This document shows, one piece after another, positions 53,101 to 64,000 of a DNA stretch of 64,000 bases; within the stretch, counting starts at the first letter, position 1; each line of letters starts with the position of its first letter. Source of the stretch: Thalia democratica (taxonomy: Eukaryota); assembly GCA_965202585.1 (NCBI GenBank), contig OZ241829.1, positions 72,540,001 to 72,604,000 of the forward strand. Reading direction: 5' to 3'. The position numbers and the translations under genes were made by a program. The notes under the pieces are model-generated. The model searched no databases and was not told where the DNA came from. It was given only the letters and a program-made list of their open reading frames with translations.

Positions 53101-56100
53101 AATTACTTAATGGTAACCTATCTTACACTTTTCTGTATAACTTGATTTATGTTGATCGAAGCTTTATAAATGAAGCATTCCAGTTGCCATAGTCGTTTTA
53201 ACCAATTAGCTTTTAATTAACTTTTCTTATTCTTAAAACTGTATTGTCAGCGTATTTTCTAAGCTAAATAATGTTTATGAAATGTTTCTTGCACAACTAA
53301 AAATAAATGTGCTTAAAAATTACTAAGTTAGAATATTTAGGTTAGCAACATTTAACACTTTGTAAATACTACGAAAACACATTTGATAAAAAAATAGTTG
53401 GATCGAACATGAAACATTTAAAAAATGACTAAAAACAATTATTGCCATGTTAATTTTAAATAAAATTTAGAAAAAAATAGAGTTTGTTTAAGATACTTTT
53501 CATTTTTATTATTATCTTAACGTCATATAAACAAAACTTCTTCAATCTAAATATGATTGAGAGACAGGCATATATATTACGTAGATCTCTAAAATTAATT
53601 AACATTAGTTAATATGGGTTTCTAAACTTTTTCTTATCTGTAAAATAAAGTTTGCCATAACAAAAAAACTCAAGTATGCGTTATCTTTTTCACATAATTT
53701 AGAAAACGACATGAATTAAAATGCTCAATTTTAGTGAACATAACTATCAAAATTTTGTTTAACAATTGTTACTAAGCTGACACTGTTTCAACTAAAACAA
53801 TCTTTAAAGTTTTAAGCAATAGCGGTAGTTTTTTAAACTCTATTAAAAAAAAATAATTTTAAGTAACACTTTGTAAATAAAAGCTTTAAAGATTCTTTTA
53901 GGTGAAACAGTGTCAGCTGAATAACAATCGTTGAACAAACTTGTTACAGTTAATATGTTTTAAAAGTAGTTTTTTAGCTGTAAGTTTAATTGCTTGTAGA
54001 TCAAGAAAAACTATGTACGAATTTTAAATACATTAGGTTATAGTTTATTTATACTTTAAAGCTTCTTTTAAAAAGTTCAACACTTATTAAAATTTGTTTG
54101 ATTATTTATAATTTTTTAAAAGTTTTTCTGCTTTTATGACGACATATTGACAAAAATAATGAAAGTTAGAATAAAAAATATTAACTGCTTTGACCTTCAT
54201 AGAAAGCCCCCAATTAAAATGCCATTAAACATAAAAAAATTTGTATTTTTTTTTGTGAAATTTTTAATTCTAAAACTTACAACTTTTAGGTAGTTTTGAA
54301 ATCGTTTTAATTTTTTTTTAAGTGAAAAAACACCTCTGTGAAACTCGAAGAACTTATTTTTATTTCTATCATACCACTCATGCTAAACCTAACTATAAGT
54401 ATGTACTTATCTGAAGGATGCACAATTTTAGGCAAATTAAGACTTCGGCTTTAAATGATTTAGTAAGTGTAGCTGGTACTTGATAAATTATACTGGCATT
54501 TAAATAGATAGCTTTAATATACCAGTAAAACTATAATCATATATTAAAAAGTATTCTAAAGCTAAATTAAGTGATATGTAAATTAGTGATAACTAAAAAG
54601 ATACTTACTAGTTAATAAATATAAATGTTGTATATAAAATTTAATATATTTTTATTAGTTATTGAATTTATATCAATTTCACTTGTACGTTTAGAAAAAC
54701 AAAGCCATACGAACTTAACTAAATTGTTGTTAGTAAAATCTCTGAAATTATAATTATACCAGTATAAAACATTTTACTCAAAAACTAACAAATATAGAAG
54801 AAGTTGTCAAAAATGAGATTACTCTCTTTTGGACATACTTCATTCAAGTTCATAGTATTACATCTGCAATTAGTTTAACTTTTTATATAAGTATAGTTTT
54901 TTATCGAAACATGATTAGTTTTATACTAAAATTGTTTTAAAATTAAATTAATTTTGTTAAATTATAAAATTATTTACTAAGTTTGAACTTGTGCAGAAAT
55001 ATAGCCAAACTTACTTTATGCAAAATTGACCCATTATCTAAACAAAAAAATCTCTCAACAATCATTTTTTATCTGTAGTGTAGCTTGTACAAATTTTAAA
55101 AAATGTTGTCTTTTTATAAATTTGTAGATTTTTGTTCATCACCACTCATCTCATTACTTTTATTCTTTTTATTTTACTGCAATAGATGTATAGATATTTT
55201 AAAACGGTAAGTAAGCAGTTTTATTTAAAGCTAAATCATTTAATTGTGGACTGTTTAACACCATGAAACAAAAAAGGTTTGATTACTAATTAGATTTCGT
55301 ATTAAGTGTAGTTTGAAATTATACTTTTGAAAATAAAAATAATTATTTCTATAGCTATATAATTTATTTGTATTTAGCAGTGTTATCAACATTAACTTTG
55401 GTCTTATTTTATAACATTATTAAACATTTTACTAAGTTTTACATTAATGAGGTCATACACTATACTAAATTATTTTTATTTTACGATTTAATTGCTAACT
55501 ATAGTAATTTTTTTTACAATAAAAAAAACGCGCTCGAGAATTAAATATAACGAACTTTGGATTATTAAGTTGTATATTTAAATTGTAGAACACTTGGTAA
55601 GAGTTATTATAACACATGATTAGCAATTTTCGATTAAGTGTTTCATTTGGTCTAAACCTCTTAAATTTTTAAACCGCCTTGTGCGCTATACAAGTCTTTG
55701 CAGCATATAAAGCTTTGATTGAAAAACTCGTTTATGATTAAACAACACTTTGCTTTCACACTGAAAGAGCTGAAAAATTTTCAGATAGAACTGAAAATCT
55801 CAAAAATCCTTACGCTTGGACTTATTTACCATCTTTATGAACTCAAAAGGTTTAAATTTATGCTTTTAAATACCTTTTGCATTTTTATTATTATTAGTTA
55901 GATGCAGAAAATAAACTTTTAAAAAGTGTTAAAAACAATTTAAATAGTAAACTACAACTACAACTACAATAGTAAACTACAACTGATAAATGTAGAACGA
56001 AACTTTTAGTAACTAATTCAAATCCATTTTCTCACTGTTTTTAAAGTTCTCTAATAATTGTTCTGTAATAACTCATGAAAAGTAATATTTGTCTTCTAAA

Positions 56101-58070
56101 TAAAAAGAAACAAATCAGTTAAAAAACTAATAACTTATAAAAAAGTTAATATTATTCTAAAAAAAATGTTATTATTAATAGACATAGTTATTAAATAAGT
56201 AATGTTTTAAATCTATTTATATTGCTACTTAAAATAAAAACATCGTTAATGAATAAGTAGCTTAAAGTTAACCAATTTAGCTAAAAAGCTGCAACACTTT
56301 TGTTCTTATCAGAAACACATTAAGTGATTTACATAGCTTAAATGACATTAGCAATAAACAGACGTATTAGAAAAAACATATTTAAACATTTTTTCCAACT
56401 TTATAGATATCTGGTAATGAAAAAAACTTAAAGGGGTTAAGTATTTTAATAACTAATAAACGTATCAACAGAGTATGAATCTTAATTGATTTTTAATGTG
56501 TTTATCAAATAATAAACCATTGCTTTTTACGACAGTTGTTAAATAGTTGTACTATGTGGATTTCAGGTGTTTCTGAATATTAATTCGGTTTAATGTAACT
56601 CGGTTTAATTTATTGTAAAACAATTTTATATATTTACTTATAATATGTTTGAGTAAAATTGTGTTGGAATAGAGGGCTATGTCTTATAAAAATACTGCTG
56701 TATCATTTTTAGCCTTATTCGCAAAATTTATTTGTAGGTAAAAAATATAAAATCTTTCTCAGAAGCCCACTTGTGAAACAGATAGAATCTTATCAGAGTT
56801 GATTTGTTTTATCAACTATAATCTAAATTTTACTGGGGTTGCTAAATTAAAAATTTTTAAGTATAATGCCTACGTACGACTTATAATTTAGGTATATAAA
56901 ACAGTCCAAGACTATAAACATCCTAAATGTAATTTTTTTTACCTTTAAACTATAAAGAAAACACAGTCATTTGAAAATAACTTTTACAAGTACATATTGC
57001 ATAACAACTTCATTAAAACTTATCTGTATCACGTTACTTACTTATTAACTAATATAACTTACTATATAATTTTTTAATTTATGTTCATTATTTGTTTAAG
57101 TTTTTAATAAGGACAGTTTGTTTTACATGTTGTTATTAAAACATTGTATTCAATACTTTAAAAGATAAAACTTAACCTAACATGGAAAAAGATTTAACAT
57201 TTCGATTGCAAATTAAGCACTATAAGTAATCGAACCATAAAACGATTCTCTCAATTTCTACGCGTCATCAATTTGTTCTCGTGTAAAATTACGTCACGAC
57301 CAAATATCACGAACGCTCTTGATAACTTTACAAGTTATTGTTAGGTAGCTGCTCCCGTAACAACATGTTTCTAACAGAAATATCGGCGTATTGATGCAAC
57401 AATTTGCAAGTCGTTCAAACACGACTATAAATTATTCAATGTAGAAACTCGGCTGGAAGAAGTGAAGTGGTTGTGTGACGTAACGAACGGCTTTCCCTTT
57501 CAAAGCCGAAGTTTAGTTACGTCACAAAAGGCTTTTGCTACAAAAGCTGAAGCAGCATTTGTAGATAAAACTTCAACTTTTTTACGCTTGAACACATTTG
57601 CCATCTTTTTTTACGCTTAAGCTCATGTCTTAGAAGTCTGTTTTTCAATTTTATTTTCAATAATTTAATGTAACATGTTATTGGAAAATTATGTTAACAA
57701 AAGTTAAAAAATTAAACGAAAGTTTTGTACACAATTCCAAATCAAATGATTATTAAACTTTATAGCCTTGAGTTGGAAAAACTTGTGAAAAGCGTTTGCT
57801 TATATTACAAACAAAAAACAAATTAATTTTATCACAAAAAAAAGTATTTTAATAACAAAAGAAATATTTTGGTTTATTGATAAATACCTAAATATTAAAA
57901 TATGTTGTTGAGCTATAGAAATTTCAAATATTACTTAAAGCTTGTGACTTATAGTTCAATTCCTGTAGGAAATAACTTTCTTGGTGGCTATTTTAAACAT
58001 TTTTCAATGTTTTATTTATTTTATATTAAAGTTAAAAATCAACAGATTTTTGTCAAACTAATATTTTTAG

Positions 58071-58132
58071 CCGAAGTGACTTGGATTGAATCAGTTGAGT
58101 TTGGATACAACAAAAGAAGTATTCACATTCTG
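58071..58132 (+). pseudogene. Array exon-like block 'a', 62 nt (copies 32869-32932, 38194-38255, 42201-42262, 50510-50571)
   Basis: TTTTTAG acceptor and GTTAGT donor are conserved in all five copies. This copy reads EVTWIESVEFGYNKRSIHIL; the others carry TGG>TGA or TAC>TAA. Confidence 0.55.
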
Positions 58133-58940
58133 GTTAGTTATGAATAATAATTTCAAATACAGTAGCTGATATCAATTTTGTTTAAATAAAAATGCAGTCA
58201 AAAATATGTAAATTTTCCAACAAAATTTGTGTTTCAGCTTTACGAATCACATTAAAATCATACTTATGTTCTTTTAATAAGATATTGTAAGAATTTTAAT
58301 TTGGAAAATTTGTGACCTAATTTATTTTCATTATTTAATATCTATGTCCCCACTGCAGTTAGTCACATTTAAAAAAAGAAATAATGTCAAAATTTCTATT
58401 TTCTATATGTGGTGAATAATGACAGTTAAGTTTTCTTATCAATTGAAATATATTCAACTTCGTTAAATTAAAATTCAGTGATCCATGAAAAGCTTCTAAA
58501 GTTTTACACGTTTAGAAACATTTTCACATGACGTCAAGAAATATCATACAATATTTTTCTTTCATAATACTTTAATTAACTAACTTACATTCAAATAATT
58601 AACTTACAAAGAGCAGTTAAGAATATGGTTCTTACATTAACTTCTAAAAATTGTCCTTGTGTTAACTAATAACCATTTTAATGAGGTTAAAGGCAGCAAA
58701 AATATTCTGGTATTTTCAATGTTAAAATATTACAGCAAATATTACGTGTTTAAACTTTACAAAGTGGCTAAACATGTAATCTGAAAAAACCTAAAAAGTC
58801 AGTTTAGTTTCTGAGGTGACTAAATTTTATTTTTTGCTAAAACTTTGTTGTTACTTATAACTCAAAACATAAATATAAGTATCAGACCCATTTAACTAAC
58901 TTTAAAAAATTTTAATTGATTAAGTATAGATGATATAGAT

Positions 58941-61900
58941 CAGGGGTCGGCAGGCAGTTGGTGGTTGCGGGCCAAATTTCAAGTTTCCAAAGTCTTCGCG
59001 GGCCGCAGTTTTAGTGATATTTCAATAATCTTATGGTTTTAGTTTTAGTCACACTAGAGAAAATTTTTACTTTTATTCACCTTATTATTTAAAATGACTT
59101 TTAGTTATACATAGAATGCCTGATTAAATTAATATTGATTATGATTCACATTGACTAATATACTTTAATAACTGTTAAATTTTAATTATGTACTAATATT
59201 GTTAATAAAGTATGTACTTTCATGAGCAATTAATAAGTTAAACTTAATATTTTTTTAATTTTACTTACAACCTAACTCTCTATAAAAACCAAACTTGAAA
59301 GACAATTTATGGGTTACTTTTATACATTTGTTATATCATCAACACTTTTTCATATTTCTAAGAATATTTACTTCGAAAAAAGTTTTTGCGAGTTAAATAA
59401 TTTACACTCATTTAGAAATTTAGTAATTAGTTAACATAATAAAATTAATACCTGTTTGTATTCAGAAAGCTAAAAAAAATGATTTAACATAATTTATTCT
59501 CAAATACATTAATAATTAAATATTTTATTAGTAGTTAGACTTTTACATGGTTTCCACTTAAAAAGCAAAAATGTCTGAGATGCATCAAACCAGCTTAAAT
59601 TTATTAAAAATTTAAAAAGCTAATAAATAGTTGTTAATCAAGCTTAAAAACCTAGTTAAAATATCGTCATTATCAAAAAGTACACAAAGTGTAAAAAACA
59701 AGAAAAAAATGCAATTAGTAAACTACACAACAGTCATAAAAACTATTCTGAGAATTGGAAGATTTCTTTAAAGTGTTTGAAATAAAAGCTTCACACACAC
59801 CTGAGTTTTCAAGCTTTTAAAATAGCCTGTTTGTGTAGCAAGCCAGTTAATATAAAGTTCACTACATAAAGAAATACCAAAGGTTATTAGCAGTAAATAA
59901 ATTACATGCCAAAAATATATAAGTCAGCTGGAATGGACAATTAAGTTTTTTAAACAAGTTTTACAAAAGTATAAAATTTTATTGAGTCATTAGCAAAGTA
60001 GATTTTTTTTTTTATTAATCATGATAGCAATTCTTTATTTGCAATAAGAACATTGCATTTAAATACATTAATTGTAAAATATAAGACGAGCTACAAGAAT
60101 AAAAAAAGCGTTAGTTAGGAGTTATTGCGAGAAACAATAAAAAAATCACCAAAGTCATTTTCGACTAAGCACATTATTATCTTCAGTAACAACAGAATAA
60201 TCAAAAAAAATTGTTAAGGCAAGTAATAAAGTAGCAAAATTTATTACCTAAAACAAGATATCGTTCATAATTGAAAACTTTTATAAAGAATTGATGTTGG
60301 CGGTAATGAAAAACTTTTGTTTATTTCTTCAATTACAACATGAAGTCGTGTTTAGGAAATGCATTAAGGTTATAAAGTCGCATAAATCCAATTAGGACTT
60401 TAATCAAACTGTTAACATGAGAGCACTGAAAGAAAAACTATTGCTTATCTGAGAATTTTTATTAGAGATTTTTTTACTAACTTTGACATTTTAGTAGAAT
60501 TTCTTGGTTTAGTTCCAACGCGAAGCACAACAATCGGTGAAATTTTTCAAGTAAAGGTGCAATGTACCAATACGGAGTTTTTGGAAGTACAATTCCTTTT
60601 TTTTATTTTGGTATAAAGTTTAATTAAAGTTTTAAAAAATGTCTTATAACATTTATTAATATCAAAAAATACTGTCAAGCTACTATAATATATTTTTTAA
60701 TAAAAAAAAATTTGGTAATTTTTTTGAGTCAAATCGAAATTTCATTACTTTTAATGTAAAAATTGTTTGAAATTACAGGTTTTTTCAAATATTCTCAAAT
60801 TCAAGTTTTTTTCTAGAATTTTTAACCGTAAATTCACAAATTCAAAGCTTTTCCTGGATTCAACTTTTTTGACAACACTGATTGTTCATTCTTTAATGTA
60901 CACAATAATATAAATAATATTTTGAATTATATCAGCTGCAAGACTTAAAATTTAACATATATTAAAACTCAAACTAACACTGTGGATTGAGCGAAACATA
61001 CATCATAAGTTTAATTTGCCACTCTTTCAAGCAAAAAAGCCAGCCTGAGTCAACAAAAACATTCCAGATATTTTTGTATACAAAAAGCAATTCTAGCCAA
61101 AAACTTAAAAAATGGCTTAGTTGGCATGAGATTTGAAGTCTTTAAATAGTGATGTGTGGCAATGTTTAGTTGTTTATTTGCTTGAATTTGAACTATTTTG
61201 ATTAACAATGTACAAACTTTATAAATTTACAATCCCTATATCTAGTTTATATTAAATAGGTGGCTCCAAAAAACAGCAATTGTGTGTATTGATATGCAAA
61301 GCATAAAAATTAACTTAGCTTGAAAAAAACAATGTTTGAAAAATGGAATGTATACCTAACAAAAATTATATTAACTTATGTCACATATATTGTTTTAAAT
61401 GTGTCTGTAAAAATTTAAATATGACATGTATAAATAAAAATGTTAGAAAAGTATGCATAAACTAAACTTAAACTAACTAAAGTATTAAACAAAAAGTGGT
61501 TTAAAGTATGAGCATTTTTTGAAGTTGGTGTGAATAGAAAACTTATAAAAATTAAAATGTGTCAAAACAAAAATCAAATGAACCTTATTTCTTATTACTA
61601 TGTTATTTTTAATGTTATAATATAACATTAATATAACATTTACAAATAAAAAAATTATAAAAGAAACTGAGGTATAAAAATATTGAAAAAGAATATCTAA
61701 CCTATAAATAAATAACACTTTAGTTAATTACTGTGCATTACTTTTGTACAAAATGGAAACTATTTGCATTTAGTTTATTTAATAAATAGGTATTATATAA
61801 CCAACTTATTAAATCCAAGCACTCTTGACACTTTTTTCTTAGATAACTACTTACTGCTGTAAAAAAGAAGTAACTATAAAACTGAGATTCATATCCTGTT

Positions 61901-62191
61901 AGAACCCTAATCTGTCTTTTTCACATTTTTAAACTAAAGCAGTAATGTTTTGAAATTAATTTAAAATGTTATAGAGAGACTTAAAATCAAACTAATCAAA
62001 TTAAGTCGAATTACCGAAAAAATTTAACTAGAAATATAATTTTGCTCAGCGGGCCACATTTACATGCTCGCGGGCCACAAAAATTTCTTTCGCGGGCCGC
62101 ATTCCATTCAAAAAAATAACATGCTCGCGGGCCGCAGATTTACCCTTCGCGGGCCGCAATTGGCCCGCGGGCCGCAGTTTGCCGACCCCTG
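58941..62191 (+). mobile_element. hAT DNA transposon (Buster/Charlie-type), internally deleted, 3251 bp, inserted in an array unit
   Basis: 12-bp TIRs CAGGGGTCGGCA; perfect 8-bp TSD ATATAGAT (58933-58940 and 62192-62199, central TA); subterminal CGCGGGCCGCA repeats. The empty site is visible at 43061-43078. Confidence 0.97.
60207..60556 (+). pseudogene. hAT transposase remnant (GTF2IRD2/Buster-like)
   Basis: KIVKASNKVAKFIT*NKISFIIENFYKELMLAVMKNFC (60207-60320) and AYLRIFIRDFFTNFDILVEFLGLVPTRSTTIGEIFQV (to 60556) resemble the remembered family motifs ASYxVxxxIAKxxKPFxxGEFIKECM and AQLAIFIRGVDxxFxIxEELLxLVPMKGTTTGEDIF. Confidence 0.8.
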
Positions 62192-64000
62192 ATATAGATA
62201 ATATACCAAATTTAATAAATTCTACCAGTAATTTTTTAAGTGTTGATTATGACAACCTTTTAACGAAAACTTTTTTTTGGGAGTTCAGTTAGGTTCAACA
62301 AAGTTTAGTTTATTGTTTGAAAGTATCAAACGATTGTGTAACATAACTCTTATTGAACATACCAACAGTGTGTAGGCTTTGGATAAACAACGTTTTAAAC
62401 CGGCGGCGCGGATCCAGAAAATTTAAGTCTTTTGGTTGTCGGAGCATTTCGAACTAGTGATTTGCCAGCTACAGTATACCGGATCCACCAGGTTAACGAT
62501 TTTGACGCTCATTAATGACGTCATCGGTGTTAAAGCAGCGAGGTTTAAATGATCTGGTTAGTATATCTAACAAGCAATTGTTCAACTTGATTTAATTTAT
62601 TACAATTGTATAATTATCAATATAAAAAAGTGTATATAAAACATTTAAATTCTTTATTCAGCCACCTAACTTGTTGTAAATCGAAAGACTTTTAAAAAGC
62701 ATCATTAAAAATAGTGTCGCTTGCCTTACTATCTTCTATCTAGCTTTTTATGCTAATAAAAATTTCTTAAACAAGCTTAAAGGACCACTTTTCCATTCGT
62801 TTAACAAACAAAGGGTAAAAAAATTATGTACTATTTGTATTTAAATTTCTGTAAAGCTTAATGTTAGAAAATATACAAGTGCTTAAATTGTGTGGTATTT
62901 TGTTAATAGTTCGAAACTAATTTCGCTAATTGAATAGAAAAATGTAACAACGGCTATTTAAATTTCAGTTAGTTTTATACTTTTATTGTTGTTAAGCACT
63001 TTTTAAGTTTCCAATTTTATTGTAATTTTTACCGTTTTAACAAGTTTTAAAAACTCATTTTCATATTTACAGACACGGTAGTAGTATAAGAATAACATAG
63101 TTATGATTCCCTTTAATCGCCCTATTACTATTTTATTGCCCTTCACGAGTTTATATTTTCTAATTTATTTCTAGTTAATATATTCTTTAACTTGTTAACT
63201 ACTAATTAACTCTTCTGCAACTCACTAGTTATTGCCTTCTGATAACCGAAATCGACTTAAGGTAGCGATATCACCTACTTTAGAAACTGTAGTACAAACA
63301 ATTTCATACATTTTACTATTACATATTGTATCAACTTTTTATTTGTAATTTGATAATAATTTAAACAGCTTTTAGTGAAAATATTTTTTTTGTTTTCAGT
63401 TTAAGCAGTATGACCCACTTTAGAAACTGTAATACAATTGATTGATAGATAAAATAAGATTGATTGTTTGATAAATTATAGTTTAAATTTATTTATATTG
63501 CTATTTAAAATAAAAGCATCGTTAATTAAAAAGTAGCTTGTCTACTTTTTCATTAACCAATTTAGCGAAAAAGCTGCAAGATATTTTTTCTTAATTAAAA
63601 CAAATTAGTGATCTACATACCTTAAATGACATTAGCAATAAACAGACTTATTAGAAAATACATATTTTAAACATTTTTTCCAACTTTGTAGATATCCGGC
63701 AAAAAAAAAAACTTAAAGGGGTTAAGTATTAAAATAACTAATAAAGGTATCAACAGAGTATAAGTCTTAATTAATTTTTAATGTATTTATCGAATAATAA
63801 ACCATTTTTTTACGACAATTGTTAAATAGTTGTACTCTGTGGTTTCAGGTGCTTCTGATTGAAAATAATTAAATTCGGTTTAATTTAAGCTTTTATTTGT
63901 AAAACAATTTTATTAATTTACTAATTATATGTTTGAGTACAATTGTATGGGATAGAGGTTCATGTCTTATAAAAATATGTCATTTTTAGCCTTATACGCA

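Larger units (their letters stand above)
30240..64000 (+). repeat. Head-to-tail tandem array (macrosatellite-like) of a 4-8 kb composite unit, about 5.5 copies, running off the window
   Basis: The anchor CCATGAAACGATTCTCTCAA occurs at 32052 (diverged), 37357, 41383, 49676 and 57235 (spacings 5305, 4026, 8293, 7559). The anchor ACAGACTTATTAGAAA occurs at about 31191, 36754, 40509, 49072, 56358 and 63642. 30245-30470 is homologous to about 48146-48400 and 55375-55600. Confidence 0.97.

Noticed and set aside
1305-64000. Non-standard genetic code (TAA/TAG=Gln or TGA=Trp) to explain recurrent in-frame stops
   Set aside because: All four Gln codons in ORF 2709-3077 are CAA/CAG, some TAAs align with TCA or TAC in sister repeats, frameshifts co-occur, and substitutions look neutral. 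Pseudogene decay is simpler.
30240-64000. Array as a Helitron head-to-tail concatemer
   Set aside because: I found no consistent CTRR/TC junction with a subterminal GC hairpin at unit boundaries and no Rep/helicase remnant, and the boundaries vary by deletion.

Overview
Very AT-rich (roughly three quarters A+T by eye), eukaryotic, animal-type genomic DNA. A Hydra-like cnidarian origin is only a guess from composition and repeat style. I see no prokaryotic operons, rRNA, tRNA or CRISPR arrays, and no intact long gene; most ORFs in the supplied track are by-products of repeats. From 1 to 30 kb the window holds: a disrupted repeat-containing gene (1.3-3.1 kb); scattered spliceosomal exons, including two paralogous small-exon gene fragments (19.0-20.2 and 25.4-26.4 kb, the latter with a signal-peptide-like start); a 159-bp tandem array; a BEL/Pao gag-like remnant; a foldback element; a TA-flanked Tc1/mariner-pogo-type MITE; and hAT-like ends. 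From about 30.2 kb to the end is a head-to-tail array of a 4-8 kb composite unit (about 5.5 copies, mosaic, with lineage-specific deletions). Each copy carries a CpG-rich TATA/CRE-hairpin/CGCCATCTTT module and a string of small plus-strand exon-like blocks with stops and frameshifts, i.e. probably an amplified dead small-exon gene. One copy is interrupted by a 3.25-kb hAT (Buster/Charlie-type) element with an 8-bp TSD and a transposase remnant. The palindrome TGACGTCA occurs 23 times, far more than composition predicts. All alignments and counts were done by eye; protein families of the exon-like blocks could not be identified.
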